Virus record (IMG/VR): IMGVR_UViG_3300037264_004923
Coordinates: 1-64,000 of that record
DNA length: 64,000 nucleotides
Direction: 5' to 3' (one strand)
From: a virus
Under the pieces are notes generated by a model. The model was not told the DNA's origin. It saw only the letters and a list, made by a program, of their open reading frames with translations, and did no database searches. Every line of letters begins with the position of its first letter. Position 1 is the first letter of the stretch. Below are positions 36,407 to 45,697 of the stretch, piece by piece. A program made the position numbers and the translations under genes.

Positions 36407-37008
36407 TCAGAGAAGACGAGATCAGTATTCGTGTTTAGGTAGTGCCAAACAATGATTAGGTTCGGGAACGACACTCCCGCGCCACCTAACAGAAAAGCTT
36501 GAACAGAAGTACTGTTCAGGCTTTTCGCTTTTCAGGGTCCAAACCTGAAAGCATGAGCCACATTCAAGCCCCTCCTCGAATGTATAACAGGGCTCGGGAT
36601 AGAAAGATAGCTCGACCCAGCATAATCTCATAGAGATGCTGCGCTGGTAAGTCTTGTAGCTGTTGAATACATCCCCTTGCTCCGGCACGCGAGTGTCAAA
36701 CTTGAGGCTCCCCCCAAGCTTGTATTCTCTGAAGCTTCGCCTAACGGGAAGCAGATTGAAAAAGGATGCGGCAGCTACCGAAGGGCTGCTGGAGGAGATG
36801 GCCAAGTCCGGCTTCAATCGCAGATGAGGGAAACAAGCTCAACATAAGGGGTTATGAAGCGCTCACCGGGGCAGCCGTTGAAGATCCTACACAGGTCTTC
36901 CATAACCTCTCAGCGATGCTAACTCTGCATGGCGGCGAAGACCGCCTGCTGTGTTAGAAATCGCATTTCGCTCCCCGTGGGTTAGTTTATGTCCGGCTTA
37001 AAACACAC

Positions 37009-37112
37009 TGGGATTCATCAGCTTCTGAGCGCCGAAGGGATAGGCAGTTCTTCCACCATGAGGAACACAACTCCAAAGTCCTGTCCCTGTTCTCAGCAGC
37101 TGTTCGATCCTC
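37009..37112 (+). ncRNA. Long imperfect hairpin, candidate small ncRNA
   Basis: Nested pairs GGAT/ATCC, CAGCT/AGCTG, CTGAG/CTCAG, AGGGATAGG/CCTGTCCCT, GTTCTT/AGGAAC. Confidence 0.45.
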
Positions 37113-37126
37113 TTAGCACGACTGAT

Positions 37127-37240
37127 GGACGGGGTGAAATCCGGCTCATTCGACACAAGTAGGGTAGTCCTTCTTGGGCGGGCCCGAAAATCGCGACAAG
37201 AAAAGCAGTGGAAGCAGGTTCGAATCCTGCCCCACCACCA
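37127..37240 (+). ncRNA. tRNA/tmRNA-like element without a canonical anticodon arm
   Basis: T arm GCAGG-TTCGAAT-CCTGC and ACCA 3' end; 5' GGACGGGG can pair imperfectly with CCCCACC; TGAAA..ATTCGAC resembles a tmRNA 5' end. Confidence 0.55.
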
Positions 37241-37329
37241 GTTTCAAGAATTATCGGGATGCCCCTGCCCGTTAATACACCATAACTATACTGGATGAGA
37301 AAGGTTCTATGAACCAAGTATCGGAACTA

Positions 37330-37955
37330 TGGGACATGCTGTTTTAGACATGGGGTACTTAAAGATGCTTGAAATGCCTCGCGATTAGTGAGGGATCGCC
37401 ACAATAAGCACCTATACTAAAAGGTGTGGTCGGTAGCGAAAGGAGTTTTCTGCCCAAACGTAGAAACACATTGCATCATTTCCAGATGGGAGATCACTGA
37501 ATCCAGCCAACTGCGGACGTATCCGTAGTTTAAGAACTGGAGAGTTTCCTACCCTTGGCTCAGAGGTCGTACTTGTTCCCTGTATCAGTGGGAACGGCTT
37601 GCCGTTAACAACTGGGGCTGGGGGCAGGGTTGTATTATGACCAACCAACTCACATTATTGATTCCTAGATGATAGGTTGGAGATTTGTATATCCAAGTAT
37701 AACCGGCCTGTAAGATAAAATAAGGCACGGGTGTTAAGCTCTTGCGTAGGGTAAACTACATCATAGCGTTGAAGCGATGACTGATGTGGCTGAAACAAGA
37801 GACAAAGCTGCCGTTAGCCGAAATCTAGCGACGCGGAATAAAACCCGCGTATTGGGGAACCTTGAGTAAGGGGCTCGTGATAAAGACACCGGTTGTCCAC
37901 CCCCGCTGCGAACGCTATGTAAAGTAAACGTTTGGGAAAGAGACTTCGCTTTCCC
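37330..37955 (+). ncRNA. Candidate large structured non-coding RNA (about 600 nt)
   Basis: No credible ORF; many hairpins plus long-range pairing of 37435-37461 with 37928-37950. Confidence 0.6.
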
Positions 37956-38028
37956 TTGTTAATCACCAGAAATTTACCAGAGTAGTAGAGGCTCTGGGGA
38001 TTTGATATAGTATTCAAGGAGATATGAA

Positions 38029-38892
38029 ATGTTGTATGTGTTGTACAAGAACTCGGGAGTTCACTCTGGAAGAGCCCTCCGCCGGATGCTGGAAGGTTTG
38101 TACGAAGAAAAGGTTCTCGGGGGCTATCCCAAGAAATTTTCCCTGATGCAGAAACAGGGTGTCAAACCCAAGGTCGTTGTGAATCTCGGGGTAACTGACG
38201 ACGATCTGAAGTTCACCGGAAGAGTTCTGAACACACAGAACATGGTACGCTTGGCCTCGAACAAGAGGAAGGCGCGACAGATCTTCGAGGAAGCAAACGT
38301 TCCCGCACCCAAGCTCTTCACCTCCGTGAACGCCATCACGGAGGCAGATCTACCCTTGGTGGGGAGAACTTCCTATCACCAGAAGGGTGAAGGTTTTTGG
38401 TTCTGCAAGACCATGAAGGATGTACGAGCGGCTGTGTCCGCAGGCGCTACGCACTTCCTAGAGTTCGTTCCCAGCACGCGTGAGTATCGTGTGCATACCT
38501 TTATCAGCGGCAAGCATCTGGATACTCCCGCCGATAAGAGAACAGCCGACAGCTACGTTTCCACCAAGATCTCCGAGAAGGTCTGGCAGGGAGAAGGTTC
38601 TCCGAATCCGGAAGAGCCGCAGAAAAACCATGAGTTCGGCTGGTCTTTCCTCGGGCCCCAGGATCGCAGGGCAGACGAGTTGGATGTGGTACGATATGCT
38701 GCAAAGCAAGCCATTGCTGCTCTGGGAATAGACTTCGGGGCAGTCGACGTGATGTACCGCATCAGGACGAAATGCCCGTATGTTCTGGAAGTAAATTCCA
38801 CCCCAAGTATGTCGGATGACGCCGCAAATACCTGCGAGGTGTACGCGAAGCGAATCCTGAAGACCATCGGCGGAAAAGGAGAAGAGGACTAA
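38029..38892 (+). CDS. ATP-grasp ligase (RimK/phiEco32-like)
   Basis: ASNK, H..GEGFW, EYRVH, KNHEFGW.F, LGIDFGAVDV, VLEVNSTP. Confidence 0.88.
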   Translation: MLYVLYKNSGVHSGRALRRMLEGLYEEKVLGGYPKKFSLMQKQGVKPKVVVNLGVTDDDLKFTGRVLNTQNMVRLASNKRKARQIFEEANVPAPKLFTSVNAITEADLPLVGRTSYHQKGEGFWFCKTMKDVRAAVSAGATHFLEFVPSTREYRVHTFISGKHLDTPADKRTADSYVSTKISEKVWQGEGSPNPEEPQKNHEFGWSFLGPQDRRADELDVVRYAAKQAIAALGIDFGAVDVMYRIRTKCPYVLEVNSTPSMSDDAANTCEVYAKRILKTIGGKGEED

Positions 38893-40073
38893 TGCCAACC
38901 TATTCTTCCAGTACCAGCAACTTCTCCGTTAGTTATCTCACCACCAGTGAAAACAGTGGATGGGATAACAGCGCCACGATCGCGACGGGAGCGACGATCG
39001 CGACGGGAGCGAGTATCCACCTACGCGAGTACGGTACCGCCAGTCACCACGACTGGCTGGCGGCGACTCTTCCTCCATGTCATTCGCAGGCACCCAACAA
39101 GAAGAAACCCGCAGCGATACCGGCAGCCTTGGCCAAAGAAGGTATCCACTTGGGTTCTGAATTGCTGGTGTTCTATGAGAGAAAGCGCATCCTTGGAAAC
39201 TACAAAGAGGGTCACCACCACCGGGGAGAAACTCACTATCAGAATGTCCAAGACTTGCTCGCTAGGTTCTTTATCAACATACATTACAGCGAGGACTCCG
39301 TTTCCAACTGGAGGGACTGGTGTATTGGAATATCGAGCATCGTCCGTAGGAACAACCTAGGACAGAGCGCCGGCATGAATATGCACCTACCTATGTTTGA
39401 TTACGACGGAAAGAACATCAAAAGCCTCCTTCGTAAGGAGGTGCGTCTTCTGCAGCAGCTATGGGGACTTGGCCCCGCCACCTTATTCCAGACCAAGAGG
39501 GGATTTCACATTTATTTCATGACAGATGTGGTTCCTTGGGATGTATACCGCGAGATGCTCGACAAGGTAAATTGCTGTAAAGGATTCAAGCGTTGCTCGT
39601 TGGATGTCGGCTACGGAGTCCTGCGCGTAAGCGCCAAGTACTCCACCTTCGACATCAAGATGGACAGCATCATACTGCCGGAAACTACGAAGCCTTTGCC
39701 TGCCAGAAAGATCCGCAAGGCGCATGTGATAGAGGCTTTGATCGCCCTAGGAGAAAAGAGTGGCACTCATTTCGCTTCGTTGTATCCGGAGTGGGCACAT
39801 TATAAGGAAGACGAAACCCCGTGGAAGCCCTCCACCAAGAGCATGCGTACGGCAGGCAAGCCTAATAAGATAGAGGGCGCCCCGTATAAGATAGAGGGCG
39901 CCCTGCATCTGCCCCTTGAAGGCGAGGTCGGTGAGCAGCAGGGGGCCATCGAGAACGGACCAAGGCCTAAACTACTTTTGAAGCCCAAGACGGCGACGGC
40001 AGGACAGGCGCAGGCGCCCGCTCCGGCAAACGCAAGCCTCTTCTCCACTACTTCGGAAAATATTGGACATTGA
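38892..40073 (+). CDS. Hypothetical protein with AEP primase-like motifs
   Basis: HLPMFDYDG (DxD) and FQTKRGFHIYF. Confidence 0.5.
   Translation: MPTYSSSTSNFSVSYLTTSENSGWDNSATIATGATIATGASIHLREYGTASHHDWLAATLPPCHSQAPNKKKPAAIPAALAKEGIHLGSELLVFYERKRILGNYKEGHHHRGETHYQNVQDLLARFFINIHYSEDSVSNWRDWCIGISSIVRRNNLGQSAGMNMHLPMFDYDGKNIKSLLRKEVRLLQQLWGLGPATLFQTKRGFHIYFMTDVVPWDVYREMLDKVNCCKGFKRCSLDVGYGVLRVSAKYSTFDIKMDSIILPETTKPLPARKIRKAHVIEALIALGEKSGTHFASLYPEWAHYKEDETPWKPSTKSMRTAGKPNKIEGAPYKIEGALHLPLEGEVGEQQGAIENGPRPKLLLKPKTATAGQAQAPAPANASLFSTTSENIGH
38976..39011 (+). repeat. In-frame 18-nt tandem duplication
   Basis: ACGATCGCGACGGGAGCG x2 (TIATGA). Confidence 0.9.
39865..39903 (+). repeat. In-frame duplication with 21-nt period
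   Basis: ATAAGATAGAGGGCGCCC twice (KIEGA). Confidence 0.85.
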
Positions 40074-40141
40074 CACCAATAAAGGCGGAACTGCTTTGAT
40101 ACGGCGGTGTATTTTCGAGTCGGTGGTGGTCAAGAATGATA

Positions 40142-40170
40142 TTGACTTATAGGGTAAAATCCCTTATGAT
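40142..40170 (+). promoter_or_regulatory. Sigma70-type promoter
   Basis: TTGACT-17 nt-TATGAT; shares TTGACTTATA with the promoter at 32011. Confidence 0.7.
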
Positions 40171-40200
40171 TCCGTTGTAGCCAAAAAAGGAGAATGCTAT

Positions 40201-40521
40201 ATGTCCCGAAATTCCAAGTACGAGCAAGTGGTAGTAGATGTGCTAACCGACCTAGGCGGCGGGCCCGTGTCCTGCAAGGTTCTGATCGAGGCGATCGTCT
40301 CGAAAGGACTACTCGAGGATCGAAAGTACCTCTATCACAACGTTCTAAACAGAGTTCGACGCTCGACGACGTTTGACACCTCCGTTCGCGGTATGGTGTC
40401 TCTGTCCCCACAGCCTGTAATAGAAGCTCTCGCAGCAGCAGTTCCAGTGGTGCCGCCTGTTCTTCCCGCCGATGAAAATTGGGCGGCGGAACCAGCAGTC
40501 GCCAAAAACTCCGGGTGGTAA
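40201..40521 (+). CDS. Small winged-helix (HARE-HTH-like) protein
   Basis: AAGGAG RBS; helical N-domain ending F....RG.VSL. Confidence 0.5.
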   Translation: MSRNSKYEQVVVDVLTDLGGGPVSCKVLIEAIVSKGLLEDRKYLYHNVLNRVRRSTTFDTSVRGMVSLSPQPVIEALAAAVPVVPPVLPADENWAAEPAVAKNSGW

Positions 40522-40522
40522 G

Positions 40523-40669
40523 ATGGAAGAGCGCGTGTGCGAGAAATGTGGGGGGTTCATAGATCCTCCCGAAGACATGTCGCTCGCGCTTTGGTGCGAT
40601 TGCCCCGCCTTCCCAATAGAACCCTACCCAGATGAGGACATAGATCCTTCAGAGGAGACGCGGGAGTAG
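40523..40669 (+). CDS. Small zinc-ribbon protein
   Basis: CEKC and CDC motifs. Confidence 0.45.
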   Translation: MEERVCEKCGGFIDPPEDMSLALWCDCPAFPIEPYPDEDIDPSEETRE

Positions 40670-40710
40670 GGGTTCTGATACACTTGCTTCCCTGATGCTC
40701 GGGACTCCGG

Positions 40711-40759
40711 AAAAAGAAAGCCCCCCTTCCGTATCTTCGGAAGGGGGGCTTCGCGTTTT
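40711..40759. terminator. Bidirectional terminator at the convergence of the two arms
   Basis: AAGCCCCCCTTCCG..CGGAAGGGGGGCTT stem flanked by A-rich and T-rich tracts. Confidence 0.85.
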
Positions 40760-40828
40760 CTGCGTCTGAAATCCCACTTGTAGGTCCTCTTACTTGGAGG
40801 ACCTTCTTTTTTTTTCAGGTCGGTGAAT

Positions 40829-41143
40829 TCATTGCTTGCCGCCCTTTGTGTGTGCCTCAATGAATCGGAACAACTCTTGAACAACGGGGCATGTACTACA
40901 TGATTTGTCTGGTTCTGCGAATGCTAACTCCCAATACTCTTTCCAAGCTTCTGCGTGATTTTTCTTTGGGAAATCTGGTACCACCACCATAGGACTATCA
41001 TTGAACACAGACTTTTCTACATAAAAGAGGTTCGGGTAGGTTTGGATGAAGGCTTTTAGAACCGATTGTTCGGCAAAAATAAGAACATCCCAATGATCTT
41101 CATCAATGTTTACTATCATGAAGTTAGCTTTGATAGGATTCAT
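40829..41143 (-). CDS. Hypothetical protein
   Basis: 104 aa, GAGG RBS. Confidence 0.6.
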   Translation of the reverse strand: MNPIKANFMIVNIDEDHWDVLIFAEQSVLKAFIQTYPNLFYVEKSVFNDSPMVVVPDFPKKNHAEAWKEYWELAFAEPDKSCSTCPVVQELFRFIEAHTKGGKQ

Positions 41144-41151
41144 AATGCCTC

Positions 41152-41757
41152 TTAAAGTTGTACCGTGCAGATACCATACCCAATAAGACTTCCACAGATC
41201 TCATCTGCGGCTGTCATTCCCAGATTCTGGAAAGCCAGATGTACGGGCCGGCAATCACCGTCTGGCGCGTATGTTCCTTGGTGGAACCAATCGTGAAACG
41301 CAATCAATCCTCCAGGTTTAACCAAAGGGAAGTACATTTCAATGTCCATCTGTACACCCCAACGACGATGATCCCCATCGATAAACATAAAATCGAATGG
41401 TCCAAATTCTGCCACGCGGGCTTTGGTGGTTTCTAAGTGGCTATCGCAAATAAAAGTCCGCGCTCCATGATAAGAAGGATTTGTGTCGTAACCAAAGTAC
41501 TCAACGAAGCCATCAAAGGGCTCAGACTCGTGCGGAATACCGGACTTTGCCCCAGAATAGTGTCCCAAAGTAAGGCTGGTAGTGGGCGCAAAGAAACCCC
41601 AGAAGAAGCTCGTAGCGCCTCCTCCGATCTCCAGAATATTCGTAGGCTGATGTTGGTTTAGTTTCTCGATCAGCCACCACAATTCTGCAGGATCCTGCGC
41701 GGGAGTAGCCTTGGCAAAAAGATCATCAAACTTTTCTTTGGTCATTATAGGCATCAC
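41152..41757 (-). CDS. Class I SAM methyltransferase (Methyltransf_24-like)
   Basis: ILEIG, FDFMFIDGDH, VKPGGLIAFHD. Confidence 0.88.
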   Translation of the reverse strand: MMPIMTKEKFDDLFAKATPAQDPAELWWLIEKLNQHQPTNILEIGGGATSFFWGFFAPTTSLTLGHYSGAKSGIPHESEPFDGFVEYFGYDTNPSYHGARTFICDSHLETTKARVAEFGPFDFMFIDGDHRRWGVQMDIEMYFPLVKPGGLIAFHDWFHQGTYAPDGDCRPVHLAFQNLGMTAADEICGSLIGYGICTVQL

Positions 41758-42509
41758 GCATCTCCTTTATTGGGATCGGTGTCTTCTTGCTTCCTAAATC
41801 GCTTGTGCCAACCTATTTTCTTCCTGCTTTCTACCATTTTGGCTCGGGTTTCTTTGGAAATTATAGTTTTGGGTTTTAGTTTGGCGGCTTCTTTCATTTT
41901 GTTTCTTGTTGCAAGAGAATGTGTCTTACCGAAGAACGCATTATTATTACCTTTATGAGCTTCGGCAATCTTTTGCTTATGCTCTTCCGTGAGAACCATA
42001 CCCAGATGGGATTGCCTCATCTTATTTCTGCTTTCCTCCGAAAACTTCTTACCAAAAAGAGGATGATTCTCGCCTGACATACGAAGGCTCATGTTTTCTT
42101 TCCACTCTTTATTATGCTCTTTCCCAAAAGCTGGATTTTTTGCCCCTAACTTACATTCTCTCATTTTTTCTATAGACTCAGGAGAATGTTTCCTGCCCGG
42201 CACAGGACCAGCATGCCCGCCAAGTTCCCTATTGTACCCATTAGGAGTTAAAGAATTCAAGGTTCTTATCCAGTACATTTCTTTATCATCAAGTTCTTCT
42301 TTCGAATAGGCAGTATCTAAAAGAACAAAATCGAAGTTAGTACGTCCATGTTTTATCATTGCCTTGTTTATAACCAAACCGCCTTTACTTTGTGAAGTTT
42401 GAGAAAAGTGGGCAGATTTTCTCTTGTATGGATCAATGGTTTGACCGACATACAGCTTACTATTTATGGTGTTCTCTATTATGTAAATGTATCCAACAAA
42501 ACTCTGCAT
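41754..42509 (-). CDS. GIY-YIG homing endonuclease with NUMOD3 repeats
   Basis: GYIY.IEN..N.KLYVGQT, PNGYN, repeated G.KHS.E...KM; AT-rich. Confidence 0.92.
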   Translation of the reverse strand: MQSFVGYIYIIENTINSKLYVGQTIDPYKRKSAHFSQTSQSKGGLVINKAMIKHGRTNFDFVLLDTAYSKEELDDKEMYWIRTLNSLTPNGYNRELGGHAGPVPGRKHSPESIEKMRECKLGAKNPAFGKEHNKEWKENMSLRMSGENHPLFGKKFSEESRNKMRQSHLGMVLTEEHKQKIAEAHKGNNNAFFGKTHSLATRNKMKEAAKLKPKTIISKETRAKMVESRKKIGWHKRFRKQEDTDPNKGDA

Positions 42510-43111
42510 TACTCTCCTCGAACTCTGTACACAATAAATTCTACTTTTCCCGCTTTGATAAGATCTCTTATTTGTCTTTGTTTAGAAGAAAGCTGAGACT
42601 CGCCCGATTTTACCTCTACAAAAACTATCTTATCCTCTAAAAAATGGCAGAAGTCGACAGGATCTCCTATGAACTTACCTGTTGAAGGCTCCATAGGATA
42701 GTCCTTTAGAAACGGCGCCATCTGTTCTGCTATCTTTCCTGTTCTAACTTCTGAAGATTTCTTCTGCCCAAACAACTTTTCATACTGGGACTTCTCGAAC
42801 TTAATAGAAAGCTCAAGCGCCTCATTATTTTCGTTCAGATTGTTTAACACGGACATGAACTGCTTCTCACGAGCAAAAGCGTTCTCGAGAGCCTGAGAGC
42901 CTCTCTCCATGAGCGTGTTCTTGTTGGCAAGGTCTTCTAACAGGCTTTGAATTCGTAGTTGATCCGTCTTGTATTGACCATCGGCCATCTCAAAGAGGGT
43001 TTTGAACTCTTCTTGGCGCCTGAGCTCACTTGCCTTACTCTGGCGGTAGAAATAAAACACACCGCCAGCGAGCAAGGCACAAATCACACCCAGGGATATG
43101 AAAAGCAGCAT
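42509..43111 (-). CDS. Membrane-anchored Holliday-resolvase-like PD-(D/E)xK nuclease
   Basis: N-terminal TM, coiled coil, GKIAEQMAPF..FIGDPVDF..VFVEVKSG. Confidence 0.85.
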   Translation of the reverse strand: MLLFISLGVICALLAGGVFYFYRQSKASELRRQEEFKTLFEMADGQYKTDQLRIQSLLEDLANKNTLMERGSQALENAFAREKQFMSVLNNLNENNEALELSIKFEKSQYEKLFGQKKSSEVRTGKIAEQMAPFLKDYPMEPSTGKFIGDPVDFCHFLEDKIVFVEVKSGESQLSSKQRQIRDLIKAGKVEFIVYRVRGE

Positions 43112-43359
43112 TACTCCCCCCGAAGTCTATTTCGTCCGTAGTAAGCCTTGCGTCGTGTATCTTCATCTCTAATACTGATCTTGCCTTCTTCGCGTAGTCT
43201 TTCAACTCTGCGCGCTAGGCTCTTTAAAGAGCGTTCCGCCCACACCTTCTCAACGCGCAATTCATTATGAGCATCAAGAAGTTCCTTCGCTGTTTTATTC
43301 TCCGCGTGCTCAATGAGGAAGGCGTCCTCTAAAGAGGTAAATGCTATACCGCGTCCCAT
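43111..43359 (-). CDS. Hypothetical protein (possibly Myb/HTH-like)
   Basis: FT..ED.FL..RS.KSL..R pattern. Confidence 0.55.
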   Translation of the reverse strand: MGRGIAFTSLEDAFLIEHAENKTAKELLDAHNELRVEKVWAERSLKSLARRVERLREEGKISIRDEDTRRKAYYGRNRLRGE

Positions 43360-43367
43360 AGTTCCTC

Positions 43368-43619
43368 CTAACTTCGGAACCGCTGCAGGGAGGGAGAAGA
43401 AACCTTGACCCCCTCCACTACGGTTCCGTCTTCGAGTCTTACATCCAAGGTAGAGGCTGTGGGGTCTTGTGATCCGCGAATCAATTTCGTGACCACTCCA
43501 AATTTCTCGTTGTAAAGAACTTTAGTGCCCACATCATAAATCCTACCCTGAGCGAACTCTTTCAGCTTGTTTTCTGCTGCTTCTAATCTGTTTAGAACCT
43601 TATCGATGTTATCTGTCAA
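43368..43619 (-). CDS. Hypothetical protein
   Basis: GGAGG RBS, 83 aa. Confidence 0.6.
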   Translation of the reverse strand: MTDNIDKVLNRLEAAENKLKEFAQGRIYDVGTKVLYNEKFGVVTKLIRGSQDPTASTLDVRLEDGTVVEGVKVSSPSLQRFRS

Positions 43620-43632
43620 TGGATTGCCTCCG

Positions 43633-44226
43633 TTATTTCATCAGCCACAGCCTGTGAAGCTGGTCTTTTTCTTCGTCGGACGCATTTTCATCCACCCAAA
43701 AAATCATACGACCCCCCTCTTTAAGAAGAGGAGCCAAGTTCTGAGCTAATTCCTTTAAATCTCCCTGCGTCTCTTCATAGGCAGTATAGTGGTCTACAAA
43801 GATGAGATCGAACATAGGGAACTGCTTGGGGACTTCACGTGCCCAAGCATAAACATCAGTCAAAAGCAGATGGTGGCGAGGTAGTAATCTACCATACGCC
43901 TCGACTATCTGCTCATTGTTCTCCAGGGTTAGTAGGTGCTTGACCTTGGGGTTCGCCAAGATGACCTTGGACGCACACCCAAGCCCTAACCCTATCTCCA
44001 AGACCCTGCCTTTGGCATATCCCATGACGTTCTTGATATACCAGTCCTGTTCTGTGGTGCTGGCATACATGATTTGCCCAACAAAAAGGTATTGCTCCCC
44101 ATCTACCTCGTAGATACGAACATCGCCCTTGTTAAAAGACAACCAACCGACTTCATCCCAGAACTTGAACGGATTTTTAGGGTCTTTTACTGGCATAAGT
44201 ATAAACCTATTTCCCTTCTTTGGCAA
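43633..44226 (-). CDS. SAM-dependent methyltransferase (spermidine synthase-like fold)
   Basis: VLEIGLGLG, FDLIFVD, LKEGG. Confidence 0.8.
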   Translation of the reverse strand: MPKKGNRFILMPVKDPKNPFKFWDEVGWLSFNKGDVRIYEVDGEQYLFVGQIMYASTTEQDWYIKNVMGYAKGRVLEIGLGLGCASKVILANPKVKHLLTLENNEQIVEAYGRLLPRHHLLLTDVYAWAREVPKQFPMFDLIFVDHYTAYEETQGDLKELAQNLAPLLKEGGRMIFWVDENASDEEKDQLHRLWLMK

Positions 44227-44737
44227 CTCGAACTATGTTGACACGTTTGGCATCCTGAACCTCGTGTCCAAAGGACAGCGTGATGTCCGGCGAGGGGTGA
44301 TATTCCATTACTGCTCCCCATGCCAAAAGCAGCCTCTCTACGATTTCTTTTCTACTCCCGTTCCGGTATAGGGCCCCGCAAACAACTCGCTTTACACCGT
44401 AGTGTAGAAGAGTTGACAAGCAGTTTTCGCAGGGTGTCGCATTTATGTAAGCAGTCACACCCAGCAGGTTTGGTACTCTTTTGCGAATTTGAAGGATCGC
44501 TGAGCCTTCAGCATGGACTGTTCGTAAACAGTGCTCCCTACCGTCATCCCCCATAACCAATAGATGCCCGACTTCGTCGCACTCATCCATCTGGGAGGGA
44601 GCCCCGTTGTATCCGGTAGCCAAAATCTCCCCATCCTTAACCAAAACGCATCCGGCCCATAGCCTGTCGCAGGTGGCACGGGTAGCTACCAAATGGGCAA
44701 GGGATAGGAAGTATTCATCTTTGGTTAATCGTCGCAT
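44207..44737 (-). CDS. dCMP deaminase (ComEB-like)
   Basis: RATC.R..AG, TGYNG, HAE, PCENC. Confidence 0.93.
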   Translation of the reverse strand: MRRLTKDEYFLSLAHLVATRATCDRLWAGCVLVKDGEILATGYNGAPSQMDECDEVGHLLVMGDDGREHCLRTVHAEGSAILQIRKRVPNLLGVTAYINATPCENCLSTLLHYGVKRVVCGALYRNGSRKEIVERLLLAWGAVMEYHPSPDITLSFGHEVQDAKRVNIVRVAKEGK

Positions 44738-44738
44738 C

Positions 44739-45482
44739 TTATTCCCCTATGCTGGTTCCCGAGAAGGTCGTTCCGTGTCGTCCGTAATAAGATCGGTCTA
44801 TTAGGGTTCCTTGGTAAAGAACTCCGCTTGGGACGGTGTCCCCAGCCTCATCCCCCATTCTATACCAGAGGTGGAGGTTTTCGAACTGTCCTATTGTGGA
44901 TAGATCGGCCCCCCTTACGCCATTGTTATAGGATCCGGTTATCGTTGGGATCGTTATTGCGGCCCGATACACAGCAAACTCATCCAAATCTCCAGGAAAG
45001 AGGTCCACTACTCCCCCAGTTCTAGCTGGACGAGCACCTATTATTACATCCTGCTCCCCAGGCGTACTGATACCTGCTATTCCATTCTCGAACACCCGTC
45101 CGTTGTCCAGAGACCCGTCCACATACACGACCGCATTGGCAAAGTTGCGAAGCCGGGAATAAGGATCGCTCGTATTGTACACAAAAGCCACATGATGCCA
45201 AGTCCCGTCATTCAACAGGGAGTCTGTACGTCTGCCAGAAGTCCTGCTAAACAGCTCCAGATGACCCTGGATCAATCTTATTCGGTTTTCCTCACCATCG
45301 CCCAGATTCTCATTTAGATAAGCACCCCAGTAGCAAATGGTGGCGTCGTTGCCGCTATGGGTAGTCCTTATCCAGAAGGTGGTGGAGCGATCTACACTCT
45401 GATCGAAAGGATAGGCAATGCCCTTATAGCCGGAAGCCACCACATAACCTTGTATTCCATCAAAAGATAGGAACTTATTCAT
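44739..45482 (-). CDS. LamG/concanavalin A-like lectin domain protein
   Basis: FWIRT, NDGTWHHVAFVY, VYVDG, IG, G.LDEFAVY. Confidence 0.85.
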   Translation of the reverse strand: MNKFLSFDGIQGYVVASGYKGIAYPFDQSVDRSTTFWIRTTHSGNDATICYWGAYLNENLGDGEENRIRLIQGHLELFSRTSGRRTDSLLNDGTWHHVAFVYNTSDPYSRLRNFANAVVYVDGSLDNGRVFENGIAGISTPGEQDVIIGARPARTGGVVDLFPGDLDEFAVYRAAITIPTITGSYNNGVRGADLSTIGQFENLHLWYRMGDEAGDTVPSGVLYQGTLIDRSYYGRHGTTFSGTSIGE

Positions 45483-45694
45483 GTAAGTCCTAGGCGGGTC
45501 CAGGTATACCAGAAATCGTCGATGAACACTTGTGCTTTTTCCGCCGATGAAAAAAGCGTTCGACTTACAATCCGATCCTCGTCCAGTTCATTCCATGTAT
45601 CCAGACAGCGAAAGAGAGGCGCTAATACCCCGTCCTCTCGTTTATAGACTACCCAGTATCCCTTTTCAAGGTCTTTGTATTCTCCGAGGATCAT
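45479..45694 (-). CDS. Hypothetical protein
   Basis: Tightly packed 71-aa ORF. Confidence 0.55.
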   Translation of the reverse strand: MILGEYKDLEKGYWVVYKREDGVLAPLFRCLDTWNELDEDRIVSRTLFSSAEKAQVFIDDFWYTWTRLGLT

Positions 45695-45697
45695 GTC

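Noticed and set aside
36422-36966. Minus-strand gene or pseudogene between iscA and the ncRNA region
   Set aside because: Only short broken frames with no recognisable motif; I cannot support a product.
41754-42509. Group I intron hosting the GIY-YIG endonuclease
   Set aside because: The ORF abuts or overlaps intact neighbours on both sides, leaving no room for intron core elements; it is free-standing.
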